Below, in pieces: positions 23,209 through 35,908 of a stretch of 49,456 nucleotides of DNA (position 1 is the first letter of the stretch; every line of letters begins with the position of its first letter). Source of the stretch: Parasitella parasitica NRRL 2501 (taxonomy: Eukaryota > Fungi > Mucoromycota). Made by a program: the position numbers and the translations under genes. Location of the stretch: positions 1 through 49,456 of the forward strand of contig MU619246.1 in assembly GCA_025201805.1 (NCBI GenBank), in the 5' to 3' direction. The notes below the pieces were generated by a model. That model was not told the DNA's origin, ran no database searches, and worked only from the letters and a program-made list of their open reading frames with translations.

Positions 23209-24627
23209 TTAAAATGAAGCTGGTATAATGACAGGATCTTCTATAAACGATTCTGATGCCCATGGCGGTAATTTACTAGTATAACACCATCCGTTTCCTG
23301 AATATTTAAATGCATGAAGCCATAATGCCAACTGTGCAGGTTTAGGATCGACATCTGTGAGTGGGACATTACATTGCACGCATCGAGGCAATGTTGTGTT
23401 GCTAGGATCATCATCCATGTAATCATAAGGAGCAGTTTCGGTCATAATATTTAAAACACTTGAAAGGTCCAGAGGATTTTCAAATGCTGCAATGGATGGT
23501 AGTAATCTATCTGACCATGCAGTCGAGTAACCATAAATCGGATCGTTTGCGATTGGGTAACCAAGGTAACGCAAATGCACTCGAATTTGATGTGTTCTTC
23601 CACTCAATGGCTTACACAAAACCAGGCTAGTGCGACCGTTGTAACTAATGCGCTCAAATAGCGTTGTGCAGAGTTTGCCTTGTGGATGAACATAGTTGAA
23701 TGACACTGTATGACTGAGGGTTTTAATAGGCTCTTGGGATATGACATGTCCTCTGTATATATCACGTTAAGTTCGACGTCGTTTAAGCATATAAGATGGT
23801 TATTGTAGGTACCTCGGAAATTCCCCTGACACTCTGCAAATGTATTCCTTTTCTACATCTCGGGATCTCATTTGCAGCCCTAATGTATCTGCATATTTCG
23901 ACGTTTTACAAATCAACATTATCCCTGATGTGATTCTGTCCAACCTATTTGAAGCTTTGTCAAGTGTTAGTATGAGTGGAATGTCGGCTTTCCATCCTTC
24001 TTACGGAATAATCTGTCGTAATTCAACTCTTTGCGCATGATATGAAGAGCTGTATTATGTCTATATCGTCCGCTAGGGTGGACCTGAATACTTCCTGGCT
24101 TATTTATTACAAACAATCTGTCGTCTTCATGGATAATCTCAATCGGTTGATCTGTTACAGGTGGTTCATGTCGGTGAACTAGATGACTGATTAAATCTTG
24201 CTGTTTAATAATTGTATCAGGCGTCGTTTTTTGCTGATTTACTGTAATCAACCCCTTTTCGATGGCGTATCGCTACATGATGTTAAATTAAGAGTATTTG
24301 GTTCATTCCCTGAGTATGCTGCTTACGTAGTATCTTTCTGATCGACCTCGATATTCCTTTAAAAATATCTGTAAAACAGTGGAACCTAACATCCTTTCTT
24401 TGGCGTATGCTCGAAAGTGAAAATCATATGGTTTTACTTTTCGCAAACCTGACATGTACGATTAAGTGAGTGTTATAGAAAAGAGATTGCCAATTACCAT
24501 TTTCAAAATAATATTCAGCTGCATGGATGTCATCCTCTTTGCGAATACATTTTGTTCTGTTACTGGCTGCTGTTTTGGAATGTAACCATTGTTTTCGTAG
24601 ACACAAACAAACGTTGTGAAGTCGCAT
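23209..24627 (-). CDS. RluA-family pseudouridine synthase (Rib2/Pus9/RPUSD2-like)
   Basis: [26 protein letters not shown], catalytic [26 protein letters not shown] and LWLHA; multi-exon. Confidence 0.9.
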
Positions 24628-25080
24628 ATCGATCAATAATGTGCAAACGGTGGCTAAAAATCTGCATCAAGCAGGGTAGCTTCTCTTCTTTGCCAGTGAC
24701 CGCTTTCAACGCTTTACAGAGCAAATCGAGATCCTTTCTGGCCTTGTAAATAAATTCATGCAATCCAAAGTGAAACTTGATCCATGGACAAAGTAACAAA
24801 CAAATCCATGATTTAAAGAAAGAGGTTTTACACAAAATACAAAATAGTACTGATTCTGCTACTTGATTTGCTACGCTAATGGGGAAAAAGCACCAGTTTT
24901 GATGAGCGGCAGAGTTGGGTATACCCGAGGATAATTTTGTATCTGAAAGACGTAGATCCATGGCTACTTGTTTGCCCGAATAAGAAAAAGCAAATCTGAA
25001 CCAACAAACACGTTGATATAAGCGAGTGAAATATATTCATTGAACTTGTTTAACAAGGGGTTTACAAACAGAAACCGTGG

Positions 25081-25088
25081 TATAAAAG
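25081..25088 (+). promoter_or_regulatory. TATA box upstream of pyruvate decarboxylase
   Basis: TATAAAAG 66 nt upstream of the ATG at 25147. Confidence 0.5.
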
Positions 25089-25146
25089 AGCATTTCAAAC
25101 CTTGATTGAATACAAACTTCTTTCTTCCTAAAAATAAAGTCAAAAA

Positions 25147-26882
25147 ATGGTTGCAATCAAAGTCGGTGAATATCTCATTAAACGTCTCAAAGAAGTAGGT
25201 ATCGATACCGTCTTCGGTGTACCAGGCGATTATAATATGGTAAGTTTGCACATCAATTATGCTGAGCATTTGAGATAACACATTCGGTTCAGCCTTTCTT
25301 GGACATGATAGAAGATGACAAAGAACTTCTTTGGGGAAACAATGCCAACGAACTAAACGCATCCTACGCTGCTGATGGCTACGCTCGTATTAGAGGCACC
25401 GGTGCTCTCGTCACTACTTTTGGTGTCGGTGAACTTTCTGCTGCTGCAGGCGTTGCAGGCTCTTATTCTGAAATGCTTCCTGTCATTCACATTGTCGGTA
25501 CTCCCAACTCTAAATCTCAAGCTGAAGGTGCTATTCTTCACCACTCTCTGGGCAATGGTAATTTCCAGGTCTTTGTCGACATGTTTGCCAAGATCAGTGG
25601 CGCTTCTACCCACTTGACTCGCGATACCGCCATCAAAGAGATTGATCGTGTTTTCCAAGAGGCACTCATAAAGAAGCGACCCGGCTACATTGGTATCCCT
25701 ATTGATTTAATCAATTATGAAGTCAACATCCCCGAGATTAGACCTCTTGATTTAAGCATCGCCAAAAATCCTGCCAAAACGCAAGAAGTTGCTCTCAAGG
25801 TCGTTTTGGAGGCTATCAACAAGGCCCAGCATCCTATTGTCATTGTCGATGCTTGTATCCAACGTCATAACCTCCAGAAAGAAGCTGCCGCTTTCATCAA
25901 GCGCTCTGGTTTCCCAACCTACGTTGCTCCCATGGGCAAGGGCATTGTCCCCGAAGAGTATGAAAACTATCGTGGCTGTTACGCTGGTAGCATCACCATA
26001 GAAGGCATTGCAAGAGAGGTTGAGAAGGCTGATTTGATCATTGAACTTGGTTCCATCAAGTCTGATTTCAATACTGGTGGCTTCACGTATGGTTTGGACC
26101 GTGGAAAGACCATTTCTCTCCATTCATTTGCTACAAATGTCTTTTATGCTGATTATGACAAGGTCAGTATGGTCGAGTTCCTTCCTCTCTTGACTGCATC
26201 TCTTCCATCAGCTTCTCGCCACTTTGATCTCGGACCCCGTTTTCATCCTGCTCCAATTGAGCAAGGCACTGAAATCACCCACAATTACCTTTGGAATAAG
26301 GTCCCCGAGTACATGGTAGATAACGCTATCATTGTTGCTGAAACTGGTACTTCGGAGTTTGCCTCTTTCAATTTGAAAGCTCCCAAGAATGCATTTTTCA
26401 TTGCCCAAGTTCTCTGGGGTTCCATTGGTTTCTCGGTTGGTGCTGCTGTAGGCGCTGCTATTGCGGACAGATCAAGACAAGTCTACCTCTTCTGTGGTGA
26501 TGGTTCATTCCAGTTGACCGCTCAAGAAATCTCAGTCTTTCTTCACCAAGGCCTTACTCCCATCATCTTTATTTTGAACAACGATGGTTATCTCATTGAG
26601 AAACTTATTCATGGTCCTCATCGTGCTTACAATAATTTCCAAATGTGGCAGTATGCAAAGACGCTCGACTACTTTGGTGCTCATCTTCAACGTAATTTGG
26701 ATGATGTCTCTCCTGCTCCAGTCGGTGTTGAGGCCAAGGTTACTACTCGTTCTGAATTTGAAGCCGCCATGAAGCTTGTCACTGAGCAGCCCAAGAAGAT
26801 CCATTTCCTCGAAGTTGTCATGCCTCGTTTTGATGCTCCTCGTGAGCTGATCCTCCAAGTAGAGACTTCTGAAAACCGTTAA
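25147..26882 (+). CDS. PDC: Pyruvate decarboxylase
   Basis: [57 protein letters not shown], and the TPP motif [11 protein letters not shown]...NNDGY; one intron. Confidence 0.96.
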
Positions 26883-27123
26883 ACTCTTGTTGTAATTGAT
26901 TTATTTATTCTTGCTTTTTTATATTATCATCCCATCTGCATATGTAATCAATAAAACAACATGCGAAATACAAAAACGGCTCAAATTTCATTGGATATCC
27001 ACCACAGCAGTTTGCTATAGATTTTAATGATTCTACTGGATGTCATTCACATGTTATGCTTCTCTTGGTTCTTGTCACCTTGACAACCATCCATTGTTGC
27101 TAGTGAGGCCGTCCAACTAGTCA

Positions 27124-27156
<33 letters not shown>

Positions 27157-27205
27157 GGATACGAAACAAAGTTTCTCTGTCTGCCTGTACCTCTTCATAC
27201 ATAGC

Positions 27206-28796
27206 ATGAGTCTTCCTAGAGTGCTCGAGGCACAAATTGATGAATTTGTTCATAAATTAAAAAGACGGTAAGGCTGAACATAAGATCCAACTTCTGAAAT
27301 GATAGCTGATTAGATTTTACAGTCAAATAGTTGGCTCGTTCTTTGTTGCAAAGGAAACAGCCATTATTCTTCGTCAAGTAGTCTCTATTTCACGTTGGCG
27401 TGATGCACATGTGCTTATTGATATTGTCACTCAAGTTGGAATCCGTTTAGCATCTGCTCAACCTAATGGTAAAAGAAAAAAAAAAAGTGCGCCATGAATC
27501 CAATCGCAAATTGACTTGCACAATCATATAGAGCTGGCTATTGGCAATATTGTAAAGCGTGTGCTGAAAGTTATCCGAGAAGTATCCAGAGGCGAGTTGG
27601 AAACTAATGATGACAGACCTTCAGTAACTCCCGATTATTCGAGTTTTGGCGAGGAAGATGAACGAGATAATTTTGATGATCGAACTGATGATGATTTGGA
27701 TACATCAGATAATGAGCAGCCCTTCAAATCGTCTGCAAACAGCAGTTTAGCTGGATCCACTTCAGGAGGACGCCCTGAATTGTCTACGCAAACATCCATG
27801 TTTAGATTATTGGCTGATATGTCTACCTTGACAGTTAGAGAACAAAAGCGAGAAGACAATGAAAAGAGAATTAGAGACACATATCATTTGAAGCCACTGA
27901 TTATTCAGGAGATTACTGAGGAAATTATCGCTGATCTAGATACAAAGGATACAGCTGCAATTTATAAGGGCATTGCTGATCAGGCATTAGATTTTATTCA
28001 TGCAAAGTAAGTAGCATGTTGCTAACATCATGCTTTGAATCACTAATTCGTGGCATAGCGAGGTAATCATGACTATTGGTATCTCGAGAACTGTTCAGGA
28101 ATTCTTGATGAGAGCTGCTCAAAAGCGTAAATTTCAAGTTATCGTTGCAGAAACAGCACCTACGTAAGTCTATATAATTCATCGATCCCGGGGAACTATC
28201 AACTTAATCCAGAGCAGATACCAAGGGCATAAAATGGCGCTCTCTTTATCAAAAGCTGGCATTGATACTACTGTCATTGCCGACTCTGCTATTTTTGCAG
28301 CTATGCCTCGTGTGAACAAGGTTGTAATCGGTGCTCATGCAGGTAACGTCACTGTCTGACGGAAATACAAGCCAGCAATGTTTATAATTGTGCTTTATAG
28401 TCCTTGCAAATGGTGCACTTGTATCTGTTTCTGGCTCACATTTATTAGCAGCAGCAGCAAAGCATCATTCTACACCAGTTTTGGTTTGTACCGCATTATA
28501 CAAATTATCCCCTTTATTTGCTTATGTTGCAGATGCTTTCAATGTCACCGTTTCCCCACAAAATGTATTAAACTTTCAAGAAGGGCCTATTATAGACGAT
28601 GTTACAACTACAAATCCCTATTATGATTATGTTGGTCCTGACTATGTTAGTTTGTTCATTCACAATCTGTATGTTTTATGTTTAATATTATCGACAAAAA
28701 TACTGACTTGTTATTATTAGTGGATCTGCTCCTCCTACCTATATATACAGACTCATTAATGATAACTATGATGCTGAAGATTCCACTCTTTTGTGA
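27206..28796 (+). CDS. GCD7: Translation initiation factor eIF2B beta subunit
   Basis: [68 protein letters not shown] and NPYYDYV; multi-exon. Confidence 0.9.
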
Positions 28797-29081
28797 ATAA
28801 AGCGTTGCGATAAACAAATCAGAGTATAAGCAATAATCTCGTACAACCCTAGTTTTTGTAAACCAAATAATTTCTCGATCGCTCATGGGTATAATTCACT
28901 TTTTATATCATGTCAACCAGAAAGTTGGAATTGTGCAATCGCCTAAAAAGCCTAACCATGTCAAACAACAGCCGTTTAATTAAAAAAAATTGATCAATTC
29001 AGTAATCGCACGATAGAGTGATAGAGTATACATAATGAGTTCAGCCTATAATTAAAATCATACTGGGACTGTACTGTCAGT

Positions 29082-30440
29082 TTAATGTGCTAGCTCATCC
29101 ATCAATTTGTTTGTTTGATACAGTTTAATATAGACTTGCCGTAAATCTTTCAATGCAGCACGTTGAGCCGATTGGATGTCTTCTCTCATGTGGTTCTTAA
29201 TGCTTGGAATTGCATGAATGCTTTCAACAATTTGCAAACTCGATTTCGTTTTTTTACGGACATTTTGTTCTGCAGTGGCTCTTAGTTGATCAACTTCTGC
29301 TTTCAGTGCGATTATGAGTAAATGAGAGTCTTGTTCTTCATTATCCGTCGGTAGTGTTAATAATTTGGATTGAATCAAGTCCAATTTTTCGTCTAATTGC
29401 TTCTTTTCCAGTGATGCTAATTCCATAATTTTATGAATCTCAACTGCAATTTTATCAACATCTGTGCTGTCTTGGTTGATACTAATCGTCTGTGGCATCT
29501 GGACATGATCGACTGTAATTGCATCAGCGATACCTTTGATAATCTCCTGTGCTTTTAGCCGAGCTTCATTTTGCTTCATTCCAGTATTGGCTGACTCTTC
29601 GTTGATTTGATCAATGTAGTCTAGGATTCTTTTAGCCGTTTTTTTGAGCTTGTCTTCCACAACGTAGCTATTCTCAGAATCCTTTTTATTTGAATGAAGC
29701 GACGCGATAGAACCGCTGTCAATGTACTCTTCCATTTGAAGTCGAAGTTTAACCCATAATTTGTCGACAATATCTCTTATGTGCTTGGTAATATACTTTA
29801 CTGAACGAAGCTCATTTTGCGGTGTATATATCTTGGATCTTGCAAAAGAATGTGTTTCCTTATACGCCGTTTTGATACTGGTAGTTGCAAACCAGCGATA
29901 AGCCTGTCGAATTTTAGAGACGTAAGGCTCGCAGCTCTCCACTGTTAGAACCAACCATTCCTTTGTTTTTTGCTGGTTGTCGTGGAACCAACTATTGTCG
30001 ACATTATAAGGGATATGGAGTGATGGCAGTTGATTGACGCTTTTACAAACGGGGTGGTTTGAGGTGTATTTGCTACTGCTACATCCCAACGACACTATCA
30101 TATATATCAGCGACAAAAGCATCAGCAGCGGTATAATGATAATTCTCATAGATAATCTCTACAACATAATTAGTAAAAAAGCTTTCACAATGACATGCTG
30201 GAACTTACTTTGGAAAGTGTCGTAGACTTGTTTTTTTTTGCTGATTTTATACAAGTTTTTGCTGTACCGTTATCTGTAGCCGAGAAATAAAATGAGTGTT
30301 GTGGAAAAAGCAACTTTAGATGAAGATGATTTACTTTTAATCAAGATCTCGAGGCGTTCAGTTGAGTGATTTTTGGGCGGATTAATTTTGACAGGTGATA
30401 TATGAGAAGATTCGTCTAGAATAGTTTCCCATTGAGGCAT
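29082..30440 (-). CDS. Hypothetical single-pass membrane protein with long coiled coil
   Basis: Two short GT-AG introns join MPQWETIL... to the 355-aa ORF. A TM segment IIIIPLLMLLSLIYMIVSLG is followed by a Cys pair (C...HPVC) and a heptad-rich C-terminus. Confidence 0.65.
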
Positions 30441-30949
30441 GATTTTAATTGTATACAATGGAGAAAGGGTGAAACGCCAATCTCCATCGTGTAGTGCAAA
30501 AAGAACACCATTAGGCTGGCTTTAAAATAGTGTCAAATAGTTCGTGTCGCTATTGTTATGAATGAGCAAGATTGTGAGTTAAAGTTGGCATTCGATAGAC
30601 TATAGATGCCTACTACAACAATGCCGGTAAAAAATCAATGAAAAAATAAGAAGTTAATTATACTTCAACTCATAAATCTTAAGTCTCAACCGATGAACTC
30701 TTACTGATGAAAGGTTTTTATGTAATTACTGACCAAGCGACAGGCAATGCCCTCAATAAACAGGAATGAAGATATTTCTTTTTTCTTACAATTCGTCCAA
30801 AATTCGCTTTTGCAATAGTTCAATTTGCTTTTAAATTACCCAAAATTCCCTTTTGTTTTCATTATGGTTCGCTTTATATATGTATGCATATTTTTTTCCA
30901 AGATGAGCAATAGATTTTGAGAGTAAGTCTTACAATATTAGTACTCTGT

Positions 30950-31790
30950 CGACTCTATCCCAATACCACACATTTTAAATCGCTTTCCTGTCGTGAAAAA
31001 GATAATGTAGCTACAGAGTATTGACTAGTAAAAGGTATAATGTTTACTTTGACAAAAAAAAGCAGCTTTTTCTTACTTTGACAGAGTCAAACTTTGGAAG
31101 GCTACTCCTTTTGGCCGCAGAGCTCAGGTTGGGCCACATACGGCCCAAAAGTGGGCCTAACGACTCAAGAAAAGCAAACAAATCAATTGAATAGGAAGCT
31201 TTGCAAAGTTCAAAGTAGCATAACCATCACCTCGTAAATTTTTTTCGATTCAAGTATCCCCAAGCAACAAGATTTCATGCAGTAGATAACTTGACAGAAG
31301 CATTCCAAGAAATAACGGCAAGAATTTCTAAAACCGTTAATAGGTTAAAAAAATGAGTGGAGAGTACTGATATGAACTATCTAACCAACTGATTTCAATA
31401 TCAACATGAGAAGCCCTAGTGTGACCCAATTAAAGGTACACAGCAGTTGTTTAAATGCCCATTACTCATAGCACCTCATGCATCATATCATATTGGGAGC
31501 TACAATAGCTCAGGATGTTATTTCGGTTGAGATTAGAGAACTTTGAAACCCCAAGAAAGTAAAGGTTGATGAAAGAGGCTTATTTCGAAACGTCAGATGA
31601 AATGACAAGTCCTGGCCTGAACTGAGAAGCTTCCATGTAAGTATGGACAATGTACCCATCCATACCTCAGAGAACATTACGAAACTGGTTGAGATTAGAG
31701 GCTATAGAGCTATGAATTTGCCTCTATATTTCCCCGGATGAGCTTCTGTGTTAGAATCTTGTTTGACAATTAAATGTCAAACATCATTTT
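30950..31790 (+). mobile_element. Heavily decayed Tc1/mariner transposase
   Basis: Fragments in order: HTH-like RRAQVGPHTAQKWA, MNYLTN...FNINMRSP, ILGATIAQDVISVEIRE..PKKVKVD, and MDNVPIHTSENITKLVEIRGYRAMNLPLY. Many frameshifts and stops; boundaries are approximate. Confidence 0.8.
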
Positions 31791-33720
31791 AATTAGTATC
31801 TATAGATCAATTCATGTAGATATATTCTAATATAATAAATAGACAGCTTCTTATCAATCAATACTACCACCAACAGTTTTTTATGTAGTTTATTAAGTTT
31901 TCTGATCTGCCATAATGTAGGATAGGAGATCATGATAGTGTACTTCAATTAAAGATTGGAGATTGTCCAATGATGTGTTGTTATACTTGTCGAAACAGGA
32001 GAATAAAGTCTTTGTTTCAAATCAGGAAGGTTATCTGTAACAGAGATCTGTATGACTGACATGTTATGCGCAGAGGATAATAAATATGATCTGCTCAAAA
32101 AATGTATAACTTTATAAGAATAAAATCAGACACAAAAAAACTAATGACTTTATTGATAAGAAAGTGCCATCTTTTTATACTAGATTATATCTATTGTAAC
32201 ACTATTTGTCATTATGGTTAAACATTGAACTTGGTATGTAATACCAAGTTTATTACATGTTCTATTGTACATTAATAGCTTATTCCTTGTCATTGTATAC
32301 AAAGAATTACCAATCTAATAATTGCTTAATCTCATGCCTTTCTGGCACAACATGACAAACAATAAGGTACTGTCAGATCAAAGATCAATAGCCTTGTAGT
32401 ATAATAATACATCGTACCCTGTTAAGGATATGATGTTGCTTGCAAAGTATTCTTATCAATTCGTATCTAGTAGTATTTTAAATAAGTCACCAAAAATTTA
32501 TGTAGTTGTAAAAAGTATAAATAGCAGATGCAAAGTTGAATCTTTAATAAAATAATCTCAAGTTTTCGTACCTCTCTAATTCAACGTTTTATTTAATACT
32601 TTTCTTATTTCAATCTTGCAGATCTCAACAACAATAAACAGCAACATAAGCCCTGTTTTATGCTTCGTAAAATCAGGCATGATCATCGCTATCTGAGCAT
32701 AACTTGATTTCCACTGGGCAATGTCTCTATCAAACGTTTTGTGGTTTTCTATATCGGAGTTTGAAATAAATCACGTGTTTTTCTTTTCTCTTTTTTGTTG
32801 GGATTATCGCAATACTACTGGAGTTGAAGCTTATAATGTGTGATTTATTAATGTTGGTCATCATTGATTATACATATATCTGCATAACTAGTATCATGGA
32901 TATATGTATATGTCTTGGAGTGCGTATCTGGAAACTGGAGCTACACATAATTTCTGATACTTGCCAGGAAATGTCAAACATTATTAAATATCAGCATTTC
33001 CAGGAACTGACCTATTTTTTTTATTTTATTTTTAAGAGAAGATGTAGACAAGATGTTCCTGTCACCGACATCCTGCGATCTGATCTTGATGTAATCTTTG
33101 AAAAAGCTTAAAACCTTGCAAGAGGTTCAATTACAACTTTAGTATAGCTTTTTTTTTTTTTTATTTGCAAAAGGATTGTTTACCAATAATAAATATAATG
33201 ATCCGTACGTATCATAGCCGTACTGCAATAATAGCAACGCATAAATTTACTCATTTAGACTTGATTTGAGAGCATTTTGTCGATGTCAGGTGATCTTGAG
33301 GATCATCTATTCATTAATTGATGGATGGCCATAATGCTGGTGTTCATAAATACTTAAATTTTCTTTCAATTAAATTTTGATCCACCTACATGTGTTTTGG
33401 TCTATATACTGAATTAGAATAGCTTCCTTTTCATTATGTTAGAGTGCAGGAATAACAAGCTCAAGCTGAGTCCTGATCTCTTGCAGCTTGATCCAGATGT
33501 TTTATTCATAGCAACTGGAAATAAACAGAAACTAAATAGGTTTTGATTAACCACAGTTTAGATCGAGTGCTTTAGTGATCGTACAGGAATTGCAATCAGC
33601 CATTATGCAAAATAAAAAGAAAAAAACGCCCATGTAGGACATGCAGACCAGCATTATAAAAGCGGATAGAACTTTTTTTTCCTTTTTCTTCTCCTTTTTC
33701 TCTTGTAAACCAAACAAAAG

Positions 33721-34104
33721 ATGCCTTTTCGTTGCAAATGTGGAAGAACTTTTGAAAAAATAGAATCATTTGGCTCACACACCTCTGGCTGTGCGCCTTT
33801 TCATCACCGAAGAATATCCACATCCGATATCATGGCCTCTAAAAATGAAAGCAAAATGAATGAGAAGGCTAAATTGACCATTAAGACTGATAATTTCTCG
33901 CAGCAAATCCAGCCGCAAAATAAAATGTCCCTCTTCACTCTGCTTGGCAGCAGCAAGAAAGCAAGCGAAATAGACGCAGCTCCTCGATCCGCTCCTGTGT
34001 CTGGCTTTATGATGCCTACTGCTTTGTCTATCCAGAGTACATTTGAGGGTGTTTCTCGAAGAAGATCAATGTCCTACAAGTCAGCTACATACAACCAAAT
34101 GTAA
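33721..34104 (+). CDS. Small protein with N-terminal C2HC-type zinc finger (127 aa)
   Basis: MPFRCKCGRTFEKIESFGSHTSGC; TATA box (TATAAAAG, 33655) upstream and AATAAA downstream; RRIS/RRRSMS basophilic kinase-like sites. Confidence 0.75.
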   Translation: MPFRCKCGRTFEKIESFGSHTSGCAPFHHRRISTSDIMASKNESKMNEKAKLTIKTDNFSQQIQPQNKMSLFTLLGSSKKASEIDAAPRSAPVSGFMMPTALSIQSTFEGVSRRRSMSYKSATYNQM

Positions 34105-34878
34105 ATAACCAACAGCATCCCTCTCACAAGCACATCCCAAAAGAAAAAGGTGAGAATATATCCTACAACTATACATATCAATAAAAGTCATTCCCTACAT
34201 GATCGTTAGTTTATGCTTCTACATTAAGCAATAAGAATGGATAAATGTAATTTGCATATACACATATATTTTTTTTTTCACATAGACAACAATATTCCCA
34301 TATCATGTTTTTGTTTATTTGTATCAACTGTATCAAGTTTCAATGTGTATCTTGTTTGTATGAACCGCATGCAACCAGGTTGATAATATGAGGGGTGATG
34401 TATTTTAGCATTGGCGAGATACATAAGATTTTATTTCTGCACCCATTATTTAATAGTGTAGTATTCATTTAACCAGTACTACGCATGAGTTACTTGTGTT
34501 AGTTGATAGCAAAAGATTAGGTCTCATGTTGTTGCTAGATCTGCCTCAACATGAGACCCTAATTTAATGCAGAGCCAATCAATTTACTGGTCTCCTCAAA
34601 TCAACTCGACTCGAGTAGTGGGTGGAACAAAGAATGAACTAGTAGACACTTGATGCGCCATCACTTGGTTCCATACAAAAAGTTGCATTAATTCATGATT
34701 AATTACATGATGGAATGTTTTGGTAACAGTAATTGTGGCAATCATGTTTGCAAAAGAATGTTCATTGGCTTGGCAAACGCAAAATTAAGAATCCGCGACA
34801 AAACCCATTAAATGTATTTCACGCGGTAGCTATGTTCAACCCTTTTTTTTATTCCTTGGACGTATTGATAATCACACA

Positions 34879-35823
34879 ATGACTTCCGTACAATTTACAG
34901 TAGGCAAACTCGATGCCGGTATGGTGAGTGAATTATGCTCCGGTTGAACTGCCAAGTGGCAACTCACATTTCTGCATAGGCTATTTTGCTGACGGAAGAC
35001 CACCATCTTATTGAATTTCCCTCGCTCTTGCTCCCCAAGGGTGTTACGTCTGGAAGCATCGTTAATATTGCAGTCAGCCGCAACATACCCGAAGAAGAAA
35101 GGAAAATGCATGAGTTTTGGGAGCTTCAAGAGGCTATTTTGGCAACTTTTGGCCAAGACGAACCAGAGACTCCTGTTGTTCGTGTCAAAAACATCACCCA
35201 AACCTCGCTTATTCTTGAGTGGGACCCTCTCTTGTTGCACACCGCCAAACTTCGCTCGCTCGATGTGTATAAAAATGGGACAAAGCTGGCACAGGTAATG
35301 TCGATACCTCTTTTTTTACGGCCAAAATTTTAACATGCATAATTTCAGCACGTATCCAGTGAGAGCAATTTCATTAAATTATCTGGATTGGATGTGGATC
35401 ATGAATTCGAATTTCACATAGTCGTCAAGACAACCGCAGGCGAATACAAATCCAACAAAGTAAACGCACGCACGCACAAAATGGAAAACTTGACCGGCAT
35501 CCGTGTAGCATTTGGCACATTCGAGGAAGCAGAGCCAGCAATTACAGAGCTGAAGGATTTGCTATCAAAGATGGGTGCATCCTGGTCAGAGGAGGTTAGT
35601 GTCGAGACAACCCATTTATTGGCCCAACTTCCTGGTGGTGCAAACTACGACCGTGCAGTTCAGCATTCTATACCCATCGTCAAGCCTGAATGGTTGGTGC
35701 AGTGTGATAGAAACAAGAAAATCCAGGTTAGTGTCTTGTTTGATTGTTTAGTACTGTTGCTAACATTTTGTTGGGCAGCCTGCTCTCCCATACTACATTG
35801 TCAACGTCCCCAACAACGAATGA
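34879..35823 (+). CDS. CHS5: Exomer subunit Chs5 (CHS5_N, FN3, BRCT)
   Basis: MTSVQFTVGKLDAGM/AILLTEDHHLIEFPSLLLP, FN3 (NITQTSLILEWDPL), THKMENLTGI, BRCT (IPIVKPEWL); three introns. Confidence 0.93.
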
Positions 35824-35908
35824 TCTTGGGGGCATCACTACACTCTATTCCAGCCTTTTAAACTAATCATCTGATTATATGCGATGACAATAAAGAAATG
35901 CCATGCTT

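Noticed and set aside
25353-26858. Several antisense ORFs within PDC
   Set aside because: Result of strong codon bias in a highly expressed gene.
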